64,000 nt of DNA from a virus. Of the stretch, positions 9,348 to 20,319 are shown piece after piece; the stretch's first letter is position 1; every line of letters starts with the position of its first letter. Location of the stretch: the IMG/VR virus record IMGVR_UViG_3300020196_000003. The stretch is one strand, 5' to 3'. Made by a program: the position numbers and the translations under genes. The notes under the pieces were generated by a model. It saw only the letters and a program-made list of their open reading frames with translations. It was not told the origin of the DNA and ran no database searches.

Positions 9348-10150
9348 TATGGGTTAACGTATTCATACCATTTTATCGGTGTTACTGAATCTCCAACTCG
9401 CAAATTTGTTGAGGTGGAAAACACTTCATATGTTTTAGTTGAGTAATTCAACTCATACCTATAATAGAAATAATCAGAATTATTAAAAGTAAACTTGTTT
9501 GGTAATATTAAATCTTGTTTAGTATTGGTCATTTGTTTGAATGTTCCTATTCTTGCATCAAAAAATTTTGCGGTTACATAAAATTCATCTATATATATGA
9601 AATTTTTGCTCCTTAGCCAATAGATGAAAAAACCTTCTTTATCACCTATAAAATCCAAAATCATTTGCGGTTTTTTAATATCAACTTGAGGAACTAAACT
9701 TGATAATGTTGCAATTTGTGTAGTTCCTTGTTGAACTGGAAGAATTATTGATAAGTAAATTTGTTGTTGTTTTTCATCTACACTATCATAAAAATCCAAC
9801 TTGAAAAAAGATTTTGTAAATGGTTTAGAATAATAATAAATTTCACTAACACTAAATCCATTATTGAGATATGAAATCGACCAATTACCAACTGTATTTG
9901 CAGTTATAGGTTGTGAATAATCATAAAAATAAAAATCATATTGTATCGAGGTGTTTTGGTTTGGAAATATATTTTGTGAAAATCTTGCAATTTCAAAATC
10001 TGCTGCAGGCCCAATGACTTGATCAATAACTTCAACTTCATATTCATCAATCGCCTGATCTTTACCCGTAAAATCCCACTGCATATTGATTGGAACGTTG
10101 ACATAACCATCGATACTACTTTTTATTATTTTAATTCTATTCGCATTCAT
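9347..10150 (-). CDS. Hypothetical structural protein
   Basis: 267-aa aromatic, beta-rich ORF overlapping both neighbours in the baseplate operon. Confidence 0.5.
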   Translation of the reverse strand: MNANRIKIIKSSIDGYVNVPINMQWDFTGKDQAIDEYEVEVIDQVIGPAADFEIARFSQNIFPNQNTSIQYDFYFYDYSQPITANTVGNWSISYLNNGFSVSEIYYYSKPFTKSFFKLDFYDSVDEKQQQIYLSIILPVQQGTTQIATLSSLVPQVDIKKPQMILDFIGDKEGFFIYWLRSKNFIYIDEFYVTAKFFDARIGTFKQMTNTKQDLILPNKFTFNNSDYFYYRYELNYSTKTYEVFSTSTNLRVGDSVTPIKWYEYVNP

Positions 10151-11948
10151 CGGATAAAGGATCTGCTATTGTTGTAATATTCAACGGTATTGAACCTGAA
10201 GTTGCGTAATCATTGGGTATATTAAATAATTCTGGCGTAATTCTGAATATTGTATTTTTGTATGGATAATGTGCATCATTTAAAAAAGGATAATCTACAC
10301 CAATACCATCAGTATCGATAAACCCGTATGGATATTTATCTCTCCACCTGAAAAGTACCGCTAACGTTGAGTAATAAGAATAATCAGGTATTCCGACTAC
10401 ATTCAATGAATCTGCTTCTTCAACATAATCTGAAAAAGCCGCAATTCGAATTACACTATGTGGTTGATAAAAATAACCAGGTTGATTGGTCGGCGTGAAA
10501 TTAGTAAGTAAGGTAAACCAATTTGTATTATATTTTATTTTGTGTTGATATTCTGAAATAACCCTTTCAAATTGATTATAGTCATTCCATTCACAAAAAT
10601 CCCCATCTATTGTGTCTCCTGATTGTAAAAAATTGTTATAAAAAAATGGACCTGATCCAATAAGTGAAACATAGCTATTTTGTCCTATTAATGGGTTCGA
10701 GTTTATATTATTGTCATCCCACCAAATTTGGGGTTTATTGTTTTCTAAAAAAGTATTAAAATACCAACCTTGTTTTAAATTTTTAGTCCACCCAAAATAC
10801 CCTCTCCAAATTGTAGTAAAAAATAATTCAGATAAAGGTCTTCCTTGATTGTCACTCAATCCTTGTATGTTAACATCACAATTGAAGGAAAGGGTGTATG
10901 TTCTACTTCCTTCTTTCGTTGAGGTCCTGTTTCGATTATCTGGTGTTAATGCGTCTACTTCACATTTTACTTTGTCACCATATATGTTTCTTTCAAAACC
11001 TGCATTTACAACTACCGCACATTCAGGATTTGTAAGAATTCTATGTCTTCTAACATAATATTTACTTATTGTGTCTGCAGAATTGGCAACGTTAATAATT
11101 CTTCTGAAAGTTCCTTGTTGATTACTGTTAAAAGTTGTACCAGTATATCCAATATTTTTTATATTGAATATAAATTGGTCTGAGCCTTTTCCCGAATTTC
11201 CTAAGCTTGCTACTTGAAATATTTCAATTCCATTATAATTGATTGTTAAATAAACATATTCACCAACCTCCAACCCGTGTCTAACGGGACATTTGAATGA
11301 TATTTCATTAGTATTGTTATTATTTCCAACAATTACATAGAATGGGATCCCATCAGATGCCGTCCAATTCCAAGTAATTTGTTTTCTCGGTTCAGAAGCA
11401 AACAATTGTTTATTATAATCATTATTAAATGCGTAACTAATATAATGACTCCAATTATAAGTTGAAGCACTTACGTTTTTGAAGTTCAAATGATTACTAG
11501 GTGGTTGAGTATATCCTACAACATCGTTGTCTGTTCTGATAAAATCGAATTCGAAATATTGTGGAAATCCACTCCAAAGAACTAAAGGATTTATTGGTGG
11601 GTTTGGAATCAATCCATTAATGTTTGCATTACCCGATGGGTAATAATTTGCCGCGTTTTGAACTTCGTTTGTGTAATATAAATTGTTTCTAAAAGGTATA
11701 TATTTTGTAGCTCCTGTCAAACCATTTTCAAATAAAATTGTATATTTCGAAACAGGTCTAAAGACTGTTGAAGCTTGTCGTTCTTCATCAAATACTGTTG
11801 CTAAATTAACATCTACACTTCTATCATATTCGATTAGATTTCTGAAACTTTGAGTAAAAGGCACGTTCAAAAATTCATCTTGTTTAGGTGCGGATTTAAA
11901 TCTTTGTGTTGAAAGAATTATTTTGGTTGAGGGATCTACATTCATCAT
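10137..11948 (-). CDS. Hypothetical structural protein
   Basis: 603-aa ORF translationally coupled within the baseplate operon. Confidence 0.5.
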   Translation of the reverse strand: MMNVDPSTKIILSTQRFKSAPKQDEFLNVPFTQSFRNLIEYDRSVDVNLATVFDEERQASTVFRPVSKYTILFENGLTGATKYIPFRNNLYYTNEVQNAANYYPSGNANINGLIPNPPINPLVLWSGFPQYFEFDFIRTDNDVVGYTQPPSNHLNFKNVSASTYNWSHYISYAFNNDYNKQLFASEPRKQITWNWTASDGIPFYVIVGNNNNTNEISFKCPVRHGLEVGEYVYLTINYNGIEIFQVASLGNSGKGSDQFIFNIKNIGYTGTTFNSNQQGTFRRIINVANSADTISKYYVRRHRILTNPECAVVVNAGFERNIYGDKVKCEVDALTPDNRNRTSTKEGSRTYTLSFNCDVNIQGLSDNQGRPLSELFFTTIWRGYFGWTKNLKQGWYFNTFLENNKPQIWWDDNNINSNPLIGQNSYVSLIGSGPFFYNNFLQSGDTIDGDFCEWNDYNQFERVISEYQHKIKYNTNWFTLLTNFTPTNQPGYFYQPHSVIRIAAFSDYVEEADSLNVVGIPDYSYYSTLAVLFRWRDKYPYGFIDTDGIGVDYPFLNDAHYPYKNTIFRITPELFNIPNDYATSGSIPLNITTIADPLSDECE

Positions 11949-14900
11949 TCTTCTTCTACTGAGACGTAAAGTTTATAAAATCTATCGATTGCCGTTTTAC
12001 CATTATTTAATCCAAAATAGAAGTGATATGGTGCACCAACCACAACCGCTTGATTAGGTATTCCTGAAGGTTGTCCGAAATTTACAACAGTTGGTGGAAT
12101 TAATGGTTCTGGAACTCCAGCCAAAGTATAGTTTGTAATATAACCTAAATTAGTTGTACTAGTTTTATATTTTTCTCCCGATGTTGTAAAATTTAAATCT
12201 TGATAATTTTTCTTAAAAAAACCTTGTCCTATGATATCAGTATACCAATTATTATCTTCTGTTCCAAAAATATTCTGACTAGGATTACTTTTTTTCAAAC
12301 TCCATTTATAGTGAGGAACTTCTTGTGATTTAGGATAACCAAAGTAGTTTTGAATCAAAGGATTGAATGAGTATGTCTCGATTCCTGGCGATTCTATTTG
12401 TCTATATCTTGAACTTTCTTCAGGTGTTTGAAAAAACAAACCAAGTACAGGTTTAATTTCCGCGCCAGAAGGTGGGTTAGAGGGATAATAGTTGTCTCCG
12501 AAAAAAATATAGGAATTTGCATTAGGTCCTTGTAAATTTTCAACTATGAAGGGAAGAACTTTCCATTCAGAGTTAATTGACAACATTTGAGCCCAATCTC
12601 CATCAATTCTATCTCCACCTCGATTACTGTTAAAAAACTGAACGATACCTTTTCCTTCCGAGTTCTTTCCACCAGTACTGATAGGTATGATTCTTTGTCT
12701 GACTCCTTGATTCAATATTCTAGATAAAAATCCTAATTGGACTATATCTGCGTTATCTTGGTAAGATGTTGACTTTAACTGATCGGCATAATATGACGAT
12801 GCATCAGTTTTACAACAAATTTCATTAATAAAAGAATCCCTTGGACCTAAGTCCACTAATGTAGTTGGAAATTGTATTTGTCTTTTATTATAACCATATC
12901 CAGGATAGTTTATCAGAGATGAGGGAATGTTGGGATTTGGGGTCGGACTTGCCTTTCCAATAAATTCTTGAATTGTATTATTCCAAGGTGAAGACCTGTA
13001 ATAAAAAATATTATTGATATCATCGAATATGATTACATTTTTACAATATGAATAGTTTGATGATGAAGGATTTAAACTAAATTGGAGTCTTTTATTAAAG
13101 TTAAACATATATAAAACTCCGTTTATCCAATTGTTTTGAAATGCTTGTGCAAATACCCCCCTACAAGCCGCAAAATTCATTGTAAATCTAACTTTCCATT
13201 CTAAAAACAATCTCACATCTTCATCGTATTGTGAGACATATTTTTTGTTCAATAAACAGTAGCATCCATTAATCATTCTATTTGCAGGAATTGAGCATTG
13301 TCCCGCAGGTAACACACCAACGTTATTACCCGAACCACTATAACAAGCTAAAGGAACCATTCCCTCGCAAGTCAAAGTATTAGTTAAACCTGATGTGATA
13401 TCATCTTGATCTAAAGATTCACCACTCGGTAAATCTAAACCTGCACTAATTGTTGGTGGAGATAATACTCCTCCAACGGCGTAAAATGCAAAATTATTAT
13501 TTTGATGTAACGCATATCCTGTATTAATTTGTGCGCCATTTTCTGTTTTGGTAGAAGTTGGTAATCTGTCACTTCTCATAACTATTCTATTGGAGTCTAA
13601 GAAATTAATCTCTGAAAGTGGATATGTATAGTATGCCGGTGAATATGTAGATACAAGTCCTGCTTGAGCTATAAAATATGGACCATTTACTGGATGTTTA
13701 TAATATTGTTGTTTCTGACAATTTGAATTGCAACTACCACCACTACCCGTAGTTAATGCAATAGGTAAACTTACGTTTGAATTCCATCTCATATATGTAC
13801 CCCCAACAGTATAAAAAGAAACAGGGAGTAATGGTAAAGATTGAGAGTTGATAAGTGTTTGTTGTAAATTTGAAGTACTATTAGTATTTGTATTAAAAAA
13901 TGATGGAAATGGGGAATAGTTATTACTTAGTGTATCGTCCGTACTTAAATAATAATATGGTAAGTTAGATGTGAATGCGGTGTAGGATCCCGAATCAGCA
14001 GTAAAAGTGTATGAAGGGAAGTATAAATTATTAGCATTATTAGTCGATGTATCGTGTTGTTGTGGTTTTACTCCAGTTGGTAGTGCTTGTATTGGTATAT
14101 TCAAATAATACTGCCCTTGAATATTAACTTGGTTATAAGAGTTATAACCGAAAATACGAGATAAATCATAGTTTATAGTTTGTTTTGGTGTGTTTGGATC
14201 CACACCTCTAACAAAGATACAAATTTCTAAGTTTTCGTAATTACTCATGTATTTTATATAATCCGCTATTGTTTCAGTAATAAAACCATCTAGATCACAG
14301 TTTGGTCTTATATATTGCATGTTATGATATAAATAAGCTTCAGGAAAAAAACCTGAAAGTCCTATTGGGTTTTTTATATTGTTAAATTCTGAAATTGTTA
14401 TTCCTGTTATAAGTTGGAAATATTCTAAATCAGGATTGAATTGTAGATATGATTGTTCAACGGCAACGTTACCGTTTACAGGTAATTGACTGACTTGTGG
14501 AGTATTTATAACAATTGTAGCCGAGAGTGACGCGGTTGGATTTGAGGGATTTGCGTATGGAACTGTAGTTGATGTTACACCCGTTGTAGTTACACCAGTA
14601 ATTGCATTATTTTGGAATTGGTTTAAAGTAGCCCCTGTCAAATTAATCATTCTTGATATTAGACCACTATTTGTTGACAAAGGGTTTTGAAATGTTAATA
14701 GATTTCCTGCGCCAATTTGTGACGCGCTTCCTGCATTCATTAGTATAACAACAACTTGATCTTCAAAAGGAGTTGAACCTGAAGTTGGGTTTACAATTGT
14801 TTTGATTTTATTTACACCTGAATTAGCTACATTCGATGTTCCATTGTAAAAATATTTATCTCTTGTGTTAAATTCGTTTAGTTTTTGTGCTAAAGTTACT

Positions 14901-17500
14901 GCCGTAGGGTAAGCAAAAAATCTTATATCAGGACCAGTTCTTTTCCTAGCGGAAAATAAAAAGGGTTGTGGTGATTTTAATAAATATTTTTCATTTGATA
15001 TGTATTTGTTTGGATCTGTAGATGACAAAACATCATATCCCGAAAACATTCTTTGGAAGTCTAAGACGGCTCTGACTACAACATCTTGTGATATATCATC
15101 ATTAGTAATCAAAGTTGTGAATGATTTGAAATAAGGATTAAGACCTGCACATTCATAAGGATCATCTCCGTTTTCGTCATTTTCAAAATTTGGATGACTT
15201 ATTACGTAAGATTGTGGCGAATTCAATGGGGCGATTAGTGAATTTGGCTGAGTCACCTTTAACTCAAATCCGGCAGATCCACTACTGCTCAATCCATTTT
15301 GAGTGTCTTGGATTTCTTGTTTAATTGTGTTTTCATCAAAATCATCATCTAAACTAGCGTTACCACATTGACACTCACAACTTGTACAATCTGGATATGC
15401 AATCATTGGCAGTCCTATTCTTGGAAAATTATCTATTTTACCATTTTTTGTATTGTTAATAAAAAATTTTGTATAAAATATTGTAAATACAATACCTGCG
15501 GCCACTGTTGCTAAAGCATACAGACCTTGACCTATGATTTGTAAAATTGTAGCCACTGAAATTACTGGACCTCCAACGTTTGCATCCGTTAAACTTAAAA
15601 TGTAATAAGCCAAGTCCACACCAGCCTTTACACCCATTGCAGTTATATAAGGGCCTAAAAATAATAACACATATTTTAATATGGGCCAAAGAAGTGCAAT
15701 CAAGTGAGCTACAAATAACAAGACAAGTATTGGAAAAGTTAGAATGTTTATAAGAATGTTGAAAATAAAAAATATGAAATCGAAATTTCGTATAATGTCG
15801 TTTACTGGAAACGTACTAACCGTTGATTTACAAGTGCGATTGTCTATTTCTTTTATACCTAAATGTTTGGCTCTTCCAAAACCATTTTTGTATCTGTCAA
15901 GGAACATTGCCGTTGTATATATTCTGTTATATTGGAATTCATAAAAAGTATCCTTGCAATCTATAGCTTCTTGTACATCTACATAATCATCCCAATCTGT
16001 GCTAAATGCATAAGAACGATAAAGATCAAACAATGATTGTGGATATTGTTTAAAGTTTATAATTTGTGGTTGTGATGGGTCTGTAGGATTTGCAACAATT
16101 TGAAGTGTGTCTCCAAAATTTAATGCAATTGCATTTAATGTTCCTGTATATGGAACTCCATTTATATATATTATATATGATGTTACATTAACCGCTGTTG
16201 GATCCGCTAAACCTTGATTAAAATTTATTGTTGTAGTTGCTCCCGTTACAACTCCTATAGGTAGTGTATATGAATATGTTGAGGTTGAACTATTTGTGAA
16301 TGGATCTTGTGTGTAGTTTGACCATCCGTATTCTTTTATATTCGGTACTAAAAAATTTGCCCTTAAAAAACTGCCTTGCAGACCTTGTTCATTTCGCCAC
16401 CTCAATCTAAATCGATACTTTCCTTTTGTAGGTATTCCTTTACTTGGATCGTTGGATATTATTTGTTGTCCAAATTCGTTGGTAAATACATAGTCCAAGT
16501 TCATTGGGATATTGACTAAAAAAGTTCCGTCACTATCAATTACTTCACCACCCTCCCCAATTTGATATTGTTCCAAAATTGGTAGTCCTTGGTCATCAGA
16601 ATTTATGGTCTGTCTAATTGATTCAATTATACCTGGTCCTGAGACTAACTCACATAGGTTTCCAGTATTATTTTTTGGTTTACAGCTCACCTTTAACGCG
16701 TCGTCATCTGTTGTGGAAACTATTGACCCCATAAAAATCGCTGTGGGTTGGATATTAATATTAGCCAATTTGGTTAAATCAAAATCTGCTCTAGTGATTG
16801 CGACTTGACATAAATCTTGGTCTCCCCAAAATGGGACAACATCAACGTCAAAAATTAAATTTTTGATTTGTGGTAATTCTCTTAAGTTAGTTGATGTTTT
16901 GTATTTTGCCCCGTCAACTTGGGACTCAGTTGCCAAACCTTGTTGGACTAAATCTTGAGGATGTAATGAAAAACATCCTATATCAGAAAGGTCAATATCC
17001 ATTACTATTTTTTGTACACCTATCGGAACTCCAAAAATCATAAAATCCCCACTTTCATTTGTTTTAACTGTAAATCTATAATATTTGTCGTAAACTTCGA
17101 TATAAGTATCGCTCATCAAAACATCCGAAATGTTAGGAAAAGATCCTGTTGATTGATGTCCTCTATAAGATGGTAATTTTGGTAATAAATTATATCTATA
17201 TCCCTCGTCATTTGTATCTGTGATTGTTTTGTAAGGATATATGTCCGTTATTGATGGATTTAATTCATCCGCATCTTCTAACGGAATAAAAACGGATATT
17301 TTAGCGTTAGGTAATCCGAATCCGTTATTTACAAAAACTCTACCAACCACAACACCATAATCTGCACACATTCTTGTGTATACATTATTCGCTAATAACT
17401 TCAAGGATAAAACTTCAAGAGATTCCCAATCTTGTTCCAAATTGACGTTGATATACTTATCACTACCAACTTCGGTCCTTATTCTGTATGATTTAGGCAT
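11945..17500 (-). CDS. Large baseplate/tail-associated protein with N-terminal carboxypeptidase-regulatory-like domain and internal hydrophobic helices
   Basis: 1851 aa. GVVVGRVF...GLPNAKISVF...TVKTNESGDFMIFGVPIG prealbumin-like motif; ~110-aa hydrophobic block near aa 570-680. Confidence 0.55.
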   Translation of the reverse strand: MPKSYRIRTEVGSDKYINVNLEQDWESLEVLSLKLLANNVYTRMCADYGVVVGRVFVNNGFGLPNAKISVFIPLEDADELNPSITDIYPYKTITDTNDEGYRYNLLPKLPSYRGHQSTGSFPNISDVLMSDTYIEVYDKYYRFTVKTNESGDFMIFGVPIGVQKIVMDIDLSDIGCFSLHPQDLVQQGLATESQVDGAKYKTSTNLRELPQIKNLIFDVDVVPFWGDQDLCQVAITRADFDLTKLANINIQPTAIFMGSIVSTTDDDALKVSCKPKNNTGNLCELVSGPGIIESIRQTINSDDQGLPILEQYQIGEGGEVIDSDGTFLVNIPMNLDYVFTNEFGQQIISNDPSKGIPTKGKYRFRLRWRNEQGLQGSFLRANFLVPNIKEYGWSNYTQDPFTNSSTSTYSYTLPIGVVTGATTTINFNQGLADPTAVNVTSYIIYINGVPYTGTLNAIALNFGDTLQIVANPTDPSQPQIINFKQYPQSLFDLYRSYAFSTDWDDYVDVQEAIDCKDTFYEFQYNRIYTTAMFLDRYKNGFGRAKHLGIKEIDNRTCKSTVSTFPVNDIIRNFDFIFFIFNILINILTFPILVLLFVAHLIALLWPILKYVLLFLGPYITAMGVKAGVDLAYYILSLTDANVGGPVISVATILQIIGQGLYALATVAAGIVFTIFYTKFFINNTKNGKIDNFPRIGLPMIAYPDCTSCECQCGNASLDDDFDENTIKQEIQDTQNGLSSSGSAGFELKVTQPNSLIAPLNSPQSYVISHPNFENDENGDDPYECAGLNPYFKSFTTLITNDDISQDVVVRAVLDFQRMFSGYDVLSSTDPNKYISNEKYLLKSPQPFLFSARKRTGPDIRFFAYPTAVTLAQKLNEFNTRDKYFYNGTSNVANSGVNKIKTIVNPTSGSTPFEDQVVVILMNAGSASQIGAGNLLTFQNPLSTNSGLISRMINLTGATLNQFQNNAITGVTTTGVTSTTVPYANPSNPTASLSATIVINTPQVSQLPVNGNVAVEQSYLQFNPDLEYFQLITGITISEFNNIKNPIGLSGFFPEAYLYHNMQYIRPNCDLDGFITETIADYIKYMSNYENLEICIFVRGVDPNTPKQTINYDLSRIFGYNSYNQVNIQGQYYLNIPIQALPTGVKPQQHDTSTNNANNLYFPSYTFTADSGSYTAFTSNLPYYYLSTDDTLSNNYSPFPSFFNTNTNSTSNLQQTLINSQSLPLLPVSFYTVGGTYMRWNSNVSLPIALTTGSGGSCNSNCQKQQYYKHPVNGPYFIAQAGLVSTYSPAYYTYPLSEINFLDSNRIVMRSDRLPTSTKTENGAQINTGYALHQNNNFAFYAVGGVLSPPTISAGLDLPSGESLDQDDITSGLTNTLTCEGMVPLACYSGSGNNVGVLPAGQCSIPANRMINGCYCLLNKKYVSQYDEDVRLFLEWKVRFTMNFAACRGVFAQAFQNNWINGVLYMFNFNKRLQFSLNPSSSNYSYCKNVIIFDDINNIFYYRSSPWNNTIQEFIGKASPTPNPNIPSSLINYPGYGYNKRQIQFPTTLVDLGPRDSFINEICCKTDASSYYADQLKSTSYQDNADIVQLGFLSRILNQGVRQRIIPISTGGKNSEGKGIVQFFNSNRGGDRIDGDWAQMLSINSEWKVLPFIVENLQGPNANSYIFFGDNYYPSNPPSGAEIKPVLGLFFQTPEESSRYRQIESPGIETYSFNPLIQNYFGYPKSQEVPHYKWSLKKSNPSQNIFGTEDNNWYTDIIGQGFFKKNYQDLNFTTSGEKYKTSTTNLGYITNYTLAGVPEPLIPPTVVNFGQPSGIPNQAVVVGAPYHFYFGLNNGKTAIDRFYKLYVSVEEE

Positions 17501-17577
17501 TAAAAAATCGTTTTTTCATAAATAGTTTATTTCCCATTTTCATAGAAAAATAGTCCAATTCATAAAAAAATAAATTA

Positions 17578-19425
17578 CTAAGAAAAATTAACCGATTTTA
17601 AGTTCAAAACTCTAATATTAATATCTTTGTTGGGGAATCTAATTTGGTATACTTGAGTGGGGGTTGCAAATATAGTATCGGCCGTAGGTTGAATTTGTTT
17701 TGTCAAAGGATCTAAGTAAGGCATTGAAGTTTGTGCTGAAGAATACTGTCCTCCAACTTGATTAAAAAATAAAATATCAGAAACACTTACTACTCCATTT
17801 TCTGACTGAAGAAGTTTTCTGATTTCAGAGATGTTAACATTCTGTCCTAATTGAATTACTAACGGATTAAAATATTCTGAGACAATCTGGATCGCCTTTG
17901 TTATAAGCGCCCCTTGGTTTTGACTGTTATCAAGTACAAGATCTACTGTTACACTCAAATCAATTGTTTCTGCCGCTTCCACAGATATATAATCATTTAT
18001 CATTCTATAATTCGAAAGATAATTAGCAATGTTTTGTTTAAGAGTGTTCGACACCACATTTGATAAGCTACCTTCAGTATCATAAGATAACATTTTGATT
18101 CTTATCTTATTGTTTTCTTCGGTAATTGCAACTTTAGCTGGCGCACCAAATTGGGATGGCATAGTCCTAATCAAAGAATTATAATCATTAACTGTAACCG
18201 CCCTTTTCTGTGCCGCAAAATTAAAAGAAACCATGTTTCTAACATCTTCAGTTGTTGGTAAATTAGCGCCACCGATAGTTGCGGTAACATTATTACACTG
18301 TAAACTGTTGATAACAGTTCTATTTACCGAATCCGAAGGCCCATTTACTGCAAAAGAAATAGTCCCAATCTGATTAATGGTGTTTAATCCAACATTACTA
18401 GCTAATCCTCCTCCAATTCTATATTGAACAAAAAGAGTGGTATTGGGCGTTAGTGCCGCTCCCATGGCGTAATTGTTGGTGTATCTACTCAAATCGAATC
18501 CTTTGCCGTCTCTTGCAAATTCTCGAAGTTGTTCTTCAGCAGAAATATTTCCTCCACCAAAAGTTAATTTACAAAAACCTTGAGGTGTATATTCAGAAAT
18601 AAATTTATTCGATGTCGTTATGTATCTTCCAACTTTAATACCTGGTTGATCAGAAACTTTAGTTGGGTCTTCAACAAAAATTCTATCTTGAACTAAGGCG
18701 TCCACTTCATACCACCTGTCTAAACCCAAACTTAAAAAATCTTGTGGGCTTGGTGTTGTTGAATATTGTGTTCCAGGTTTTAACAAAACACTTGTTATAT
18801 TGAGAATATTTTTTTCAGGAAGAAACAATTCTAAATAAGGTTTAACATCATTTGGTGTTATAACTCTTTTGAAAACTTTTGTAACTCCATTTACAACTAC
18901 TTCTCTTTTTACAATAGTATAATTAATTAGTTTTCCACTCGAGTCAAAATTTGGAATTTTAACTCTATTAGGTGACCCTTCAGCGTTTATTGGTGACGCA
19001 AAATCAATATCGTAGACTGTTTCAAATGGTTGTCCAGCGCCATTAACTAAAGACCCTCTTCTCAAAATTCCACAATATCTCAGATCTTCTCTATCTCCAA
19101 AAGCTGGAACGGTAATTGAAAAATCTACTAATCCAACTGAAGGTCTTTGACCCGGCACTTTCAATCCGTAAGTTCTTGCAATATTGTATACAGAGTTTTT
19201 TTGTTGGGCAAATTGTAATACGGTTTCTTGAATACTTCTGTCTATCTGGTAATTCAAATTATCTGTCACGGCAGCATTCAAATCCAACATTACTGAAAAA
19301 ATACCGGCGTCGTTGAAATTTTGAACTAAATCTGGATAGTACGTTCTTGTAAAATTTATAAGTTCAGTTCTAACTCCTTGGAAGTCTCTAGCTACGTATG
19401 ATATTTTTTTTTCTGCCATATTCAT
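17578..19425 (-). CDS. Baseplate wedge protein, T4 gp6 / baseplate J-like
   Basis: YVARDFQGVR N-terminus, AQQKNSVYNIARTYG, YRIGGG..NV and AQKRAVTVNDY; adjacent to a gp25-like gene. Confidence 0.85.
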   Translation of the reverse strand: MNMAEKKISYVARDFQGVRTELINFTRTYYPDLVQNFNDAGIFSVMLDLNAAVTDNLNYQIDRSIQETVLQFAQQKNSVYNIARTYGLKVPGQRPSVGLVDFSITVPAFGDREDLRYCGILRRGSLVNGAGQPFETVYDIDFASPINAEGSPNRVKIPNFDSSGKLINYTIVKREVVVNGVTKVFKRVITPNDVKPYLELFLPEKNILNITSVLLKPGTQYSTTPSPQDFLSLGLDRWYEVDALVQDRIFVEDPTKVSDQPGIKVGRYITTSNKFISEYTPQGFCKLTFGGGNISAEEQLREFARDGKGFDLSRYTNNYAMGAALTPNTTLFVQYRIGGGLASNVGLNTINQIGTISFAVNGPSDSVNRTVINSLQCNNVTATIGGANLPTTEDVRNMVSFNFAAQKRAVTVNDYNSLIRTMPSQFGAPAKVAITEENNKIRIKMLSYDTEGSLSNVVSNTLKQNIANYLSNYRMINDYISVEAAETIDLSVTVDLVLDNSQNQGALITKAIQIVSEYFNPLVIQLGQNVNISEIRKLLQSENGVVSVSDILFFNQVGGQYSSAQTSMPYLDPLTKQIQPTADTIFATPTQVYQIRFPNKDINIRVLNLKSVNFS

Positions 19426-19883
19426 TAAATATTAAGGATAACAAAATCTTGAGATTCGAAGGCTGAATCTGTAATTTTGTAATCAATTTTGATTCTTGCG
19501 GTGTGTTCTAAATTAGCGATGTTTGTTACTTTGAACTCTCTTTCTCCTGAACTATTTACGGTGTAACCTTTGTTTTCTAAACCAGCAGAAGCAGGTTCCA
19601 CAGTTATATTTGTTACTTGTAAATTTGGCATGTAAGTTTTGACCGTATCTCGTATTTCAGATTCTATATCGGAAAAGGTTGGTCCATCTAAAGGTTCGAA
19701 AATATATTCATATAATCTAGTACCGAAATTTGGTAAATAATATCTTGAGCCTTTTCTTGTTAAAAGTAAGTGGACAAGATTTGATCTAATTTCAGTTTCT
19801 GTAGTACTTGTAACGTCCAAATACCTTCCAGTAAACGAATCCACAAAAGGGAAAGAAATACCATAAGTAATACCATTTGCCAT
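19425..19883 (-). CDS. Baseplate wedge subunit, gp25/GPW-like
   Basis: IRSNLVHLLLTRKGSRYYLPNFGTRLYEYIFEP is the gp25 family signature. Confidence 0.9.
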   Translation of the reverse strand: MANGITYGISFPFVDSFTGRYLDVTSTTETEIRSNLVHLLLTRKGSRYYLPNFGTRLYEYIFEPLDGPTFSDIESEIRDTVKTYMPNLQVTNITVEPASAGLENKGYTVNSSGEREFKVTNIANLEHTARIKIDYKITDSAFESQDFVILNI

Positions 19884-19933
19884 ATCACATATAAATATAA
19901 CTTAGGTTTTTTTTAAGTAAAAAATATATAAAT

Positions 19934-19960
19934 AAAAAACCCTCCTGTTATAGGAGGGTT
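19934..19960 (-). terminator. Rho-independent terminator
   Basis: - strand AACCCTCCT-ATAAC-AGGAGGGTT followed by a T-run. Confidence 0.8.
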
Positions 19961-19969
19961 AAATTTTAT

Positions 19970-20092
19970 TTATCTTCTTCTATATTGTCTTTGTCTGTAG
20001 GATTCAACACTTTCAACCATAACAACAGGAGTTCTTCCGAGTCTTCTTAAATTTCTTTGACTATAATATTTTTTATTTATAAATATTACCAT
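19970..20092 (-). CDS. Possible 40-aa Arg-rich micro-ORF or gene remnant (not in ORF track)
   Basis: MVIFINKKYYSQRNLRRLGRTPVVMVESVESYRQRQYRRR*; ends just before the terminator. Confidence 0.35.
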   Translation of the reverse strand: MVIFINKKYYSQRNLRRLGRTPVVMVESVESYRQRQYRRR

Positions 20093-20104
20093 ATAAAAAA
20101 ATCA

Positions 20105-20317
20105 CTACCGAAGTAATGATTCTCCTTTTTTATATAAAGGTTCGTATGGACAATGCTTACAACGAGACCCACAACAACTCCCTCTTTTAATATGATACGA
20201 TTCTGTCATTACGATCTTGTTGTTTTCATCTTTATAAAAGTCAGGTTCAGGATATTTTTTTGTTGTCTCCTGAACATATAACTGTTGTATCCAATCGTTT
20301 GATGCGCTTACTGTCAT
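20105..20317 (-). CDS. Small Cys-rich metal-binding protein, DUF5522-like
   Basis: YHIKRGSCCGSRCKHCPY motif. Confidence 0.7.
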   Translation of the reverse strand: MTVSASNDWIQQLYVQETTKKYPEPDFYKDENNKIVMTESYHIKRGSCCGSRCKHCPYEPLYKKGESLLR

Positions 20318-20319
20318 GA

